The translations under genes were made by a program, and so were the position numbers. From Octopus bimaculoides (Eukaryota), in NCBI RefSeq assembly GCF_001194135.2, contig NC_068985.1, positions 60,481,237-60,545,236 of the forward strand: DNA of 64,000 bases. The letters run 5' to 3'. Shown here one piece after another: positions 1 through 11,780 of this stretch; the first letter of the stretch is position 1, and each line of letters begins with the position of its first letter. The notes below the pieces were generated by a model. That model ran no database searches and was not told where the DNA came from. It saw nothing but the letters and a program-made list of their open reading frames with translations.

Positions 1-461
1 TATTTGTGTAAAAACATGTAAATATGTATGTAAATTAATTCCTCAATGCTGACAGTACTTCAAACAAGTTTTGATGTGTTACAACTATTTCCATCAAAAC
101 AATTTTATGTGAAAGCTGTATTTTATTTTTTTTACTTAAATTTAAAAAATCTATATCCTTTATAAATACAAGATTTTAGTTATTTTAAATGAACACAGTA
201 AAAAGAAAAAAAATGAAGAAGAAAATGAGGGAAATCTGTACAGAACTATAGAGGTTCTCAGCAAACATCAATAGATTTTCCAATGTTTAGTTTTAAAATA
301 ATAAAAAGTAATATTTTTTTAAATCTAACAAAATAGTAAGAAATTTACCAAACTTCTTGTTAAATATATTCCCACTAATTATATTATAAAATTAATTATT
401 GTCATTTCTTGAGTTATTTCAATGTTTATGGTTCTTTCTTGTGCAATAAATTTATAGAGGT

Positions 462-640
462 GCAAGCACGACTGCAAGCTTACTTTTCAACCATGTCTTT
501 TCACTGTACAGTTCCTTGGCATAGTTTACTGCCCAGTTCCTTGGGCATGTGTCTTCTACTTTAGCCTGGATTGAGCAATGTCTTCCTGTCTTGTGAGTGA
601 ATATGGTAGACAGAAACTGTATGAAACCCATTATGTGTGT
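462..640 (+). mobile_element. SINE family A head (tRNA-like head plus CORE-like body), decayed
   Basis: Matches the recurrent motif gcatggctgtgtggtaagaag...ggcaagtgtcttctactatagcc...gccttgtgagtggatttggtagacggaaactgaaagaagccc and ends in (TG)n. Similar copies at about 5292-5450, 9985-10145, 18690-18790(-), 43055-43150(-), 45885-46035 and 56770-56850. Confidence 0.8.
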
Positions 641-2264
641 GTGTGTGCGTGTGTGCCTGTCTTTTGTTTGTGCATGTGTGTGTATTCTCTGTCAACAAAT
701 CATTCAGAAATTTTGTGCTTTCAAAGACCTGTGAAATATAAATAAAAATCCTTTATTTATAAAGCAGGTAATGGTTTAGAAACTGGAAGGGCATTTAGTT
801 GTAAAACACTGCTCCTAAGAAATATACATTTGTTTAACTCTTGCTGGCATGGAAACACAGATGTAAAAGCTAACAAATAAATGAATGTTATATATGTGTG
901 TATATGTATTTAGAGTATATCTTGTGTGTACAAACAGATGTATGACTACTACTGCTATGTATATATAAAGACTTCCATTTTTTTCTGAGCATTAACCTTA
1001 AACACACTGTCATTCTTTCACCTTATCCTTTTGTTTTCTTTATTTTTGAACTATATGTGTTTGTGTGTGTGTGTGTGTGTGTGTATTAGACTAAATCTAT
1101 TGTTTATTTTAGACATTTAAAATATTGTTTTTGTTCATTATGTACAGAGGTCACAGTAATATTTTCTAATTTCTTGAGACATGCTTCCAACAGTATTACT
1201 GTTGGGTCTTCTGTATGTTGTAACATAAAACCACTGAAGCATCCCTGTATGTTGGGGACATAATACCACAGAAATGTCAAATAGAAGAGTTGACAGTTCT
1301 ATCACTGACAGCTGTAAATTCACTGATCAACATCAGTTTTACTATTGTAGTTCACCATATTTGTTGTATCATCTGTGGCCCACCGAATGTCAACTAAATA
1401 AAACCAAAAATCAATGTTTGAGCTCATATTTAATTCAGAAAGACATAAATCATAACAGAGATAAACAAACACACCACCAACCATATATGAATAGTGAATA
1501 TATTGAATTAATAAAATAATAATAAATAGTGTAATTGTAGAAATCTCATGATCAGTATGTGTAGTTTTTCCAACATTTACAAATATGACTGTGTTATGCT
1601 AAAAGTGTTATGTGGCCCACTTCTTAGATGTGTGGCACACACTGTATATCACTAACTGATGCACTCTTATAAAGGGAAGGACACTTTGGATAATGTAGTC
1701 TTAGATACACTGTCATTGACAAAAAAGACAGGATGGTCGAGACTGGAAGACCTTTGATCATAGGTTTGTTCAGTCACTTCATATGGAGCTAATCAGTAAT
1801 AGTATTAAGGTATGTAGGTAAGATAATCACTAGATGATGTTGTTTAGCTCCAGGTCAGCCTTGAATGAGCAAATTTCTGATTAGAGTTGTTCAAAGCAGG
1901 ACAGTTCATCATTATCCTTTGGCATAATGTATCTTGAATTACATTTATCAAATGCACATGTCTTTCTTTAAAATAGTAGAAAGTGATTTAAAAGAAATTT
2001 GACTGAGGTTTCTACCAGGTTCAATAACCACATACAAAGCCAAGGTTTTTCACAAGACCACAGTGCTTGATGGTTTATTATATAAATAAGAGATTTTATA
2101 TTGAAATTGAAATAATTTAAAATATGGAAATATGTTGAGAAATTTTACCGTTTGGTTTCTGGAACTGAGTGAAACAATGCTGAGATGTTCACCAACTGAG
2201 CTGGAAGAATATATTTTATGGCTACTCAATGATTAATTTGTGAATAATATTTTATATAAAGTCC

Positions 2265-2635
2265 AGGCATGGTTGTTGGGTAGAGAAGTTTGCTTCACAT
2301 AGTCTCATTGCTCAGCTCTGAGCTGATGAAATCCTTGTTTGTGGATTTGGTAAATGGAGTTTTAAAGAAGCTCACAATATGTATTTATTATCTATGCATA
2401 TGTGTTAGCGTCTTGTCATGAGATCACATGATAGATGTAAATGATCATCACCTTCATGCAATTTTGTTTCCAATCTTCTATGCAAACATGTCTGGCCAAG
2501 AGGAAACATTACCTCACTGGTAATCAGTTGAGGGTTGGCAACAGGAAGGACATCTGACCATAGAAAATCTACCTCACTAAACTTTGTATGACCCATGCAA
2601 GCATAGAAATGTAGATATTAAAACAATGATGTTTT
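2265..2635 (+). mobile_element. SINE A head plus RTE-type tail
   Basis: Head at 2265-2390. Tail at 2405-2635 ends acccatgcaagcatagaaatgtagatattaaaacaatgatg, resembling the RTE 3' end at 10757-10815. Confidence 0.75.
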
Positions 2636-2654
2636 TATGTTTTAGAAGGAAAAG

Positions 2655-3220
2655 GTTGATAGTGACTTCAAAGTTTTAGTTTGCTCGCCTTCATCAGACA
2701 GTGTTCTTTTGGTTCCTATTAGCTTCATGTAGCTTTTGGCCAGTTGCATTTTTTTTTGTATTGGAGAGGGTAGTTGGAGCTATGTGAAATGAGCTATGTG
2801 TATATAAACCAGGGAAATAGTTGAGTAAGGAGGAAGGGTAGACGAGGTTAAGAAGGAAGTATATATTCGTAAGGTGTAAGTTGATAGAAAGTTATGGTGA
2901 AAAGATGTATTTTAATGCATATATGCACTCTTAAAAAGTGCTATCTCTATATGGGCAGCTTTGTACCATGATTAGGAAGGGTCTGTTACCATCTGTAGCT
3001 ATGTAGGCAACATTGGTCTTTGAATGGGGAACAAGAGTGGGTGTAGTGAGCATGAGTGATAGAGAGATGAATGATTGAGATAGTGTGAATGATAGAGATA
3101 ACTGAAGGGGAAATGAATGATAGAGAAATGAGTATTTCAGAGTGAAACAGCAAATAATTGGTTAGAAGAATGTATTCAGGTGACAGTATAAGACCCAGCT
3201 CACTACCACTACCATTCAAC
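2655..3220 (-). mobile_element. Possible Penelope-like element 3' relic with decayed hammerhead core
   Basis: Minus-strand peptide LNGSGSELGLILSPEY resembles PLE GIY-YIG C-terminal ends. It is followed downstream by CTGATGA...AAAA-CTTTGAAG-TC at 2697-2664. Confidence 0.4.
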
Positions 3221-4048
3221 ATTTAATTACCATACTTACACAGGTGGATGGGTCTTCTCTAGCACCACATGTCACCAATCATTGCAGTCTTTTGTCATCT
3301 TTGTGAGCCTCAAGAAATTATTAGTTGAGTTAGCTGTTGCTGTTTTTCTACACTCTTACATTACCTGAAAAATAATGAAGATTAGAAAATTAGATAAATG
3401 AAATAAGCAATTAAAACAGTTGACCTCTGGGCATTTTTCAAATCCATCACCTGTCTTGGTAGACTTTGTTTTTGCAATTTAACAGGGGTCACTGTTTTTA
3501 TTGGTTCATGGCTAACTTCTTTTTCATTGTCCTCCTCCTACTCCTTCTCTTCCTCATTCTTTACTATTGTCCATTTTATGAAATATCAGTGAAAACTAGA
3601 AGTAAAATGAAAAACTACATCAGTTAAATTCTTGCCTTGTTAACCCTTACTCCTGCTCACCCCACCACCATTCTTAATACCCTCATGGCTTGTCCCCAAT
3701 CTATGCCACTATTTCCTCCCACACAACTACAGAATAGGTTCTGTTGAACAATATTTCCCCTGACCTATCACCTGTAGCAGTAAAAACTGACAGACAATCA
3801 ATGTTCTCAGATTTATTTCCAAACTTCTTGTTGACTTGTTTATTCTTTAGCATTCTGCAAGAAACTTTGTTGAACGACAATCAAATATTGATTTATTTCT
3901 AACTCGCTCTTAATAATAGCTTTTTGATTTCATATAATGTGATTTTTTTTTAACCCTTCCTCTTTATTTTAACCGTGGGTAATGTAATTCTAAATGCTTG
4001 TTTTATGTGTAACTGAGTGGCCCCTGAGTAACTAACTGTTCTCTGATC

Positions 4049-4342
4049 CAGGGGTTTTCAAACTGTGGTCCGTGGACCACAGGGGTCCACAAGGACAAGA
4101 CAGGGGGTCGGTGGACAGCAAATACTTTTTATGGGCAATTTGATTTTATATATGTTTTTTAATTGAAATCTTTTGATTGACAATAAACCTATTTGTTAAA
4201 TACTGTTAAATAAATAAATGTAAAAATATGTTATTTTAAGCAAATATTTATGTATAAATTTATTAAGTGTTTATAAGGGGGTCCCTAAGGTAAAGCCTGA
4301 AATATAAAGGGGTCTGCAAGTCAAAAATTTTGAAAACCCCTG
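4049..4342. mobile_element. hAT-type MITE, 294 bp
   Basis: Perfect 14-bp TIR caggggttttcaaa / tttgaaaacccctg. Perfect 8-bp TSD ctctgatc at 4041-4048 and 4343-4350. Confidence 0.95.
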
Positions 4343-4557
4343 CTCTGATCAAGTATCACCCTACCAAGTATATCTATGATCAGTTTATTTAAAACACACT
4401 GATCCAGTTTACTGAACTGTAATTAGGTACCATGAGTAAGTACAGCTCACTTCTGTAAGGAACTGTTGCAATGTTTGGTTAGCTACTGGAGTCTAGTGGA
4501 GATTACTGGCAACATTTGATGGCTAAGCTGAAAGAGTCCATTCCATTCCTGTATTAA

Positions 4558-4763
4558 CCTTTTTATTACTATATTACTATTGAAACACTCTTTGTTTCAA
4601 TTAATTTTGAAAATAATGTTGAATTTAGTGAACTAACTTTGTCATTAAGTTGGTATCTGGAACATAAGTTAGTATGAAATTTGATGGATGGTTTTAACTT
4701 AAATAAAAAAAAGTTTGTATCCTAGCACCCAAAGCAGTTTCAGGTGGGTTGATACCAAAAGGG
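4558..4763. mobile_element. TTAA-flanked (piggyBac-type) MITE
   Basis: TTAA at 4554-4557 and 4764-4767. Ends cctttttattac / gataccaaaaggg. Body homologous, in reverse orientation, to copies at 19049 and 31749. Confidence 0.8.
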
Positions 4764-5463
4764 TTAAACTCAGGCATTGATTATACTAAGTGGGTCTAGA
4801 GAATTCCATAGAAACACTGATATAATTATATCTCAGCATTAGCCACAAGCTAACATGGGAGTCTCTATGAAATCACCAGACCTGCTAAAGATAGCAGTTA
4901 AATCTCCCTCAAATCAAACTTGGTTTTGTGGTTGACTCAATCAGTCTGATTTGTGGGTGTTTTTAGTAAAGTTCACTCTGTTGTTTCAGTGTTCAAAGTT
5001 TTTCAACTTATTATTACACGTGACAGCCTACCATATATGTGGTTGAAATGTTTTATTACTTATTGTGAGGTTAAGGGCTCAATCCTTGCTCTTGCTACAG
5101 TGCTGTGTTCTCCCCGCCCCACATCAGATGAGAAATCTGTCTTGTCTCAGGCGACCTTAGGTTATCTTAATTAGTGTATTTGGTGCATCAACTCTTGTGT
5201 AAATAACATGGTGATACTAAACAATGTAGTTTCTGTGTTTGTTAAAATAATAAATCTGTGAGAACTTTTTTTGAAATATGAAACATAGGGCCTGACATGG
5301 CTGTATAGTTAAGAAGTTCACATCCAAACTCAAGATTTTCAGTTTAGTCCCATTGCATGGCACCTTAGGCAAGTATTTTTACTATAGCCCTGAACTGACC
5401 AAAGTCATGTGAGCAGATTTGGTTAATGGAAACTGAAAGAAGCCCATCATACATTATATATTA

Positions 5464-6835
5464 GGGTGGAGTGAAGAAGGTACTTTTTACACAGATTTTC
5501 GAAATATGTTTTCAATAATATATTTTTTTATTGCAAAATCCTTTAAAAACAATGTTAAAATCTGAAGTTCTTAAATTTACATCTTCAGGATTCACTTGAA
5601 ATTTTGAATAATGTGTGAAAAATCAATTTATAACATGTTTGCCTTTCCTCATTTTATTTTTTACATTCATTGTTATGAATTAATTTTCTTTTGAGAAATC
5701 CTTTAAAGACAAGAACGTTAAAATTTCAATCTCTAAAATGTATATCTTCAGGCTCCTCAATGCACTTGAAATTTCGAAATTATGTGAAATAAATAGACTT
5801 TCTGACTTTGTGTTTTTTAATTATTTTTAATACTAGGTCACCGAATATATGCATTATATGAGGTCTAGCTTACATACACATCAAAATAAAATTACATGTA
5901 AACCAATTTTTGATTCTTGACACATTTTGATGATAAAAATAATAATTAACATTTCCAATTTATTTGAAATAATTCCAATTTTTTAAGGAGTTGCACTTGC
6001 AACATGAACTGTCAAATAAATCTTTTGTTGCATTGTTTTTAAACACATTACACTTAGTTTGAAATAATGGCACATTTTTTTCTATTTTTCACAGATTTTA
6101 GTTATGCTTGGTACTTTAGATAAAAGTTTAAGATTTTCAGTTTAACTGACTCAATCGTAACACAAGGGATGGATACCTTTTGCCAAAGAAGAATTACTTT
6201 TTCTGCTGCAATCTTAACAATTTGCTTAATTGATGGATCTTTCTTTTCTTTTGCTTGTTCAAATAAAACACATTTTAGTATGTCCTTGTAAGTTGGCAAA
6301 ACTTGCTTGCTAAGATCACATGGAGTACCAAATATTGGACATTCAATAACATGATGCATTATTGGCTTAATCACTAAATATAACATCACTAAATGCAAAC
6401 AACTCTAAATTTAACACCATCATTAATTTTAATACAATGACCTAAAGTCAAGGTACAAAGCAAAAAACTTCACACGCATACGATGTATGTCCAGATGCAA
6501 TGACAGTTGCAGCAGCACTGGAGAGAAGTTCACACACCCATTCTCTTTATAGTCAATGCGGAAACTCAAGATATTAGTCAATTGTATTGAAATTTGGTAT
6601 GCAACCTCTTAAGAATACTATATTTACTGTTTTGCATTCTGCTATGTATTCGTTACAACTTATAATCCAAAATTCAACCAAAAATAGTGATTTTTAAAAT
6701 TTTCAATTGCATTGCAGAGCTTGAAAAAAGTATTTAACCACAAGGTTCTTTATGCACCTTTCTTTTAACCCTAATTCACAACAAAATATCGATTCTTGGT
6801 TACCAATTTTGAAAGTTGCATTTTTCGCTCCACCC
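5464..6835 (-). mobile_element. Internally deleted DNA transposon (Sola2-like) with transposase N-terminal fragment
   Basis: TIRs gggtggagtgaa / ttcgctccaccc flanked by TA, plus subterminal direct repeats at 5536-5600 and 5696-5790. Minus ORF 6102-6398 (CPIFGTPCDLSKQVLPTYKDILK...LWQKVSIP) has the LPTY..D / W.K.SIP pattern I associate with Sola2-type transposase N-termini. Superfamily assignment is uncertain. Confidence 0.7.
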
Positions 6836-6974
6836 TATTATACATGTGTGTGTGTTCAGATTTGTACTTCTCCAAAAATCACTGAGTTATAAGCAATGTC
6901 ATTTCCTCTGTCAACAAATTGTTTGTTAGCTATGTGCTTTTAAAGATATGAAATTTGAGACCCTCTTACTCGAG

Positions 6975-7275
6975 AAGTGTGAAGGCACATGGCTCAGTGG
7001 TTAGAACATTGGGCTCACAATCATGATGTAGTGAATCTGATTCCCAAACTGGGCTGTGTGTTGTGTTCTTGTGCAAGACACTTTATTTCATGTTGGTCCA
7101 GTTCACTCAGCTGTAGAAAGGAGTTGCAATGTCACTGGTATCAAGTTGTATTAGCCTTTGCTTTTCCCTTGGATAACATTGGTGGTGTGTGCTCGGACTT
7201 GTATCTCAGAGGGGAACTTTCTAGGTGCAATCCCATGGTCATTCATGACCGAAGGGGGTCTTTTACCCTTTATTT
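6975..7275 (+). mobile_element. tRNA-derived SINE family E
   Basis: A-box-like tggctcagtggttag, then gttgtgttcttgtgcaagacactttat...ccagttcactcagctgta. Second homologous copy at 57580-57850. Confidence 0.8.
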
Positions 7276-7559
7276 GAGAAACAGGTAAACATTAGTGACA
7301 TGAGTGCATCCAGTTGTAAAACAATGCCTCAGTCATATATTCATCTGACTCATTTGAACATGCAAAAACTGACATAAAAACGAAGTAATATATTTATTTA
7401 CCATGTCAGGTGATCTAGTTCTTTGAAGCTTAACCTGGACTTGGCAAACATTACAGAAAATTACAAAGTTTGTCTTGTTTTAAATTCTTCATGTAATGGA
7501 TCACACAAAGCAACGAGTTAACAGAATCATTTTAAAACATCAAACAAAATCTCTTGTGG

Positions 7560-8390
7560 TATTTCTTATGGCTCTTTGAATTTTCAAATCCTGCTCAGGT
7601 CATCTTTGCCTTTCATTCATCTGGGATTTATGGAATAATGTATCATTTCAGAATGGTGGATTGGTGAAATTGCTAGAATTTCAGAGAAAATGCTTTGTTG
7701 CTCCAGCTGTTTGTGTTTTGAGCATACCTGGTAATGGTGTGATTGCTTATTTGTGTCTTCTGGTGGACAATATGACACCTTATATAAAAATAGACAACCA
7801 AGAAAGGCAAAAGCAAACACCCTTTGCATTCTCTCATAAAAACTTCAAAATAATTTCTTGGCACTTGTCAGGGAAGTCTGCAGTGGTTCTTTGTTAATCT
7901 GATGGCACCAGAAAGAAAGCAATGGATCTCACAGACCAAATCATTGAATTGGAATCAATAAAGGAGAGCATTTTTGTTATATTGTTGCCAAAGTTCTCAG
8001 TTCAGCAGCTCTGTAAATAAAGGTGGGAATTTATTCTAGGTGTGCTAGGTGAATGCCACACAACTGTCAAAATGGTAAATTTTCTTTAGAAGAAATTTGT
8101 TCTTGTAGTTTGAAATCCAAGGTATACTGACAAGCTGAAAGTAAGGTAAGTTGAAGTGGTTTTATGGATAGAAATAGAGCAAAGTTAAGGTGTTTGTACA
8201 TAAGTCAGAGCTGTTGGTTCACTATGGTAGCACAGTCTGTGACAACAACCACTGTGTCTCACTGAAACAAATCCATTCCAATTATGGCCATCCAGCTTTT
8301 TATTGGAATGTAGGTCTTCATTATCTAATGTGTCCTCTCTTTCCCAAAACAATAGAGCATGGTTTGAGGAGGATTCAGCTACTACTTATA
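7560..8390 (+). mobile_element. Possible DIRS/Ngaro-type tyrosine-recombinase retrotransposon relic
   Basis: Degenerate peptides in the expected order: LCLLVDNM...HKNFKIISWHLSGK (like the L.aW.lSG end of the RT/RH/MT ORF), DLTDQIIEL...RWEF...MVNFL (YR start) and HPAFYWNVGLHYL (like the P.y..WdV..vL motif). Recognised by eye only. Confidence 0.4.
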
Positions 8391-8619
8391 GCAGATCGTC
8401 ATCATCTCATCATCATCATCCATCATTATCATTACTGCCAACAAATATCTATTTCTCCACTTAGATATTAAGTGTTGTATTTAATTACATACAGTATTAT
8501 ATATTGGTTTTTCCCTTCCACACCGTAAATCACACCATTTCCTGATAGGATTTCTCAGAAATAATTGTCCATTATTTCAACCAGTTCCTTTCATTTACAC
8601 AAGTATACATCAGTTTAAC

Positions 8620-9010
8620 ATCCACTTTTCCTTGTTCTCATGGGTTCAAATGAATTCATCGAGGCAGATTTTCTACAATCTGTTGCCCTTTCCTTTGCTA
8701 CTCTGCACTCGTTTCCAAGTAAGGTAACATTTCCGCCATAGCTTGACATGTTTTCACAGAAGACTGGAAACTAAAGACATCACTGTTCACAACTATCATG
8801 TGATATCAAGGCAAGTAGACACTAATACGCACATATACACCTCTCTCTTTCTTTCTCTCATGATGGTCTTCTTCCAGTTTCTGCCTACCATATCTACTCA
8901 CAAGGCTTTGGTTGGCTCAGGACAATGGTAGAAAAACATTTGCCTAAGGTGCCATACTGTGGGATTGAACTTGAAACCATGAGAATCAAACTTCTTAACC
9001 AAAGAGCCTT
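8620..9010 (-). mobile_element. SINE A head plus RTE-type tail, reverse orientation
   Basis: Reverse complement of the head at 8870-9010 and of the tail at 8620-8815. Confidence 0.75.
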
Positions 9011-10569
9011 GCCTGCATCTAGACCAAATATGCCATATATATTTGCTTAGTTTCATTTTGTGGTTATAACTGAAAGAAATGCTACAGGTAGACATACAGA
9101 TTATTTTAGATTTTCTCTGGCAAAGCCATTAATTTATAGCCAAAATTTTTGTTTTGGCACTGTTCTTCATCTATTGAGATGATATGAGTGACATTTTATT
9201 AAAATGCAACAATATCTAAAGTTGATTCTGAAATCACAGAAAGAAACAAAGAAATGTCTGCAGTCCAAAGATTTCCAAGTAAAATTTTCAAATAAGAATA
9301 CATAACATTGATTGGAAATAATCAATATTCAATACTACCTGATATTGTTAGCAGTATTGACTCAGTCAAATTCTAAGCTTCTTATAATTATGTTACAAGA
9401 GTCTTTTTTTTTTTATCAGAAAAGAAAAGTTTATAGAAATGATTCCAGATTATTTCCGAAAAATCTAACATCAAGAATAATATAAGCGCCAAAGTAAAAT
9501 AAATAAATAAATAATGCAGAAATGTTAGTAAATTAGATTTTTTTTATTTAACCAAGCTACAAAAGAAATTAAGAGACAATTAGAACAGAGGAGTGAATAA
9601 AGAATTTTTTTGTGAATAGAAAACTGTCTGGAATTGAATATTAGAAGTAGTTTTACTAAAATCTCTTTCAAATGACTAACGAGATTTTGTTAATTGTGAA
9701 TGTTGTTTGGTTATTAATTTTTAATATTATGCGACATTTACACCACAAAGCTGCGATTACTTTTAATATAGCTGCATGGTGGGTTTTTTTTTTGGGTGGG
9801 GGGCATTTCCACAATTAGATATGTCTTCTTCATTCTGAAATATTTCCATGTATTCAAAGAGTGATTTGATTTCAACAAGAAATATTTCTGATAAAAAAAA
9901 TCAGTCACTCAGTTATGAAGGGCATAGAATATATTATTTTAAGTGGGTACATTAACACAAATAGATTGTTGTTAAGTGTAGGCGTTAAAGCATGGATGTA
10001 TGGTTAAGAAGTTCATTTCACAATTACATGGTTTCAGATTCAATTCCATTGTGTGGCACCTTTGGCAAATGTCTTCTACCATAACTCTGGGATGACCAGT
10101 ATCTTGTGAGTGGAATTAATAGAAGGAAACCATGGAAGCCTGTCAGAGAGACTGCTTCTATTTTGCAATGGCAGACTTAATTTATTACCCTGTTTAACAT
10201 TCCCAGCCCAAAGAGTTGTTGGGTGCCTTTAGTAGAATCCACTCTGTAACAAACATTTAGGCGAAGTGCTCTGTCTGAGAATCATGTTCATGCTTTTACC
10301 CAAGAGTTTCTGAAGTCATGGGGACTGGTCTTCCTCTTCTGACAAAGCCATTAAATCAAAAAAATCAGTTACTGTGTTAGAACTTGAAATCTTAATTGCT
10401 GGGCTACTTTCTATTATGTCTTACTCACTCAGCAAATAAACAGTGCTACAATGAATAAATATATAATTAAATTTTACAATACATAATTAAAAATATGTTG
10501 TGACATGAGGTATTATGAATCAGAATATTGGCAAATAAATTTACCCAGTGACATGTAAAAGTTACCCAA

Positions 10570-10695
10570 TGCACTACATAGAAAGCAAGCCAAAACAGAT
10601 GATTGGAGCCTAATGCAGCTTTCTGGTTTACCAGCTCTGGTTAAACTAACCTATGCCAGCATGGAAAACAGACATTAAACAAATGATGATGATAT
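10570..10695 (+). mobile_element. Old RTE-type 3' tail fragment
   Basis: Ends cctatgccagcatggaaaacagacattaaacaaatgatgatgat. Confidence 0.7.
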
Positions 10696-10756
10696 TTACC
10701 AAAACCATCAGTGTTTGATTTGAAACATTTCATGAATATGGGACAATTCAGTTGTA

Positions 10757-11780
10757 TCATCATCATCATCATCATCATCATCATCGTTTAACGTCCGCTT
10801 TCCATGCTAGCATGGGTTGGACGATTTGACTGAGGACTGGTGAAACCGGATGGCAACACCAGGCTCCAATCTAATTTGGCAGAGTTTCTACAGCTGGATG
10901 CCCTTCCTAACGCCAACCACTCAGAGTGTAGTGGGTGCTTTTACGTGTCACCCGCACGAAAACGGCCACGCTCGAAATGGTGTCTTTTATGTGCCACCCG
11001 CACAAGCCAGTCCNNNNNNNNNNNNNNNNNNNNNNNNNNNNNNNNNNNNNNNNNNNNNNNNNNNNNNNNNNNNNNNNNNNNNNNNNNNNNNNNNNNNNNN
11101 NNNNNNNNNNNNNNNNNNNNNNNNNNNNNNNNNNNNNNNNNNNNNNNNNNNNNNNNNNNNNNNNNNNNNNNNNNNNNNNNNNNNNNNNNNNNNNNNNNNN
11201 NNNNNNNNNNNNNNNNNNNNNNNNNNNNNNNNNNNNNNNNNNNNNNNNNNNNNNNNNNNNNNNNNNNNNNNNNNNNNNNNNNNNNNNNNNNNNNNNNNNN
11301 NNNNNNNNNNNNNNNNNNNNNNNNNNNNNNNNNNNNNNNNNNNNNNNNNNNNNNNNNNNNNNNNNNNNNNNNNNNNNNNNNNNNNNNNNNNNNNNNNNNN
11401 NNNNNNNNNNNNNNNNNNNNNNNNNNNAGCTATCCTCATCCATTCTCACCACATGTCCATACCAGCGCAATCGTCTCTCTTGCACACCACAACTGATGCT
11501 TCTAATGTTCAGCTTTTCTCTCAAGATACTTACACTCTGACGGGTATTCACATTGACATTACACATCCAACGGAGCTTACTGGCTTCATTCCTTGCGAGC
11601 TTACGTATGTCCTCAGCAGTTACAGCCCATGTTTCACTGCCATGTAGCACGGCTGTTCGTACGCATGCGTCATACAGTCTGCCTTTTACTCTGAGTGAGA
11701 GTCCCTTTGTCGCCAGCAGGGGTAAGAGCTCTCTAAACTTTGCCCAGGCTATTCTTATTCTAGCAGCTACACTTTCAAAT
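10757..11780 (-). mobile_element. 5'-truncated RTE-clade LINE (RT C-terminus, 3'UTR and (GAT)n tail), interrupted by a gap
   Basis: Peptide ARIRIAWAKFRELLPLL...KGRLYDACVRTAVLHGSETW...ERRLRWYGHVVRM is typical of the RTE RT thumb/C-terminus. The 3' end is ccatgctagcatggaaagcggacgttaaac(gat)n and CpGs are retained. Confidence 0.93.
11014..11427. other. Assembly gap
   Basis: N-run. Others at 22462-23185, 37169-38116, 38906-38955, 48547-48556, 50538-51360 and 62532-63277. Confidence 1.

Noticed and set aside
3858-3920. Plus-strand acceptor followed by HSARNFVERQSNIDLFLTRS*
   Set aside because: Two frames are equally plausible, with no homology or linked exon.
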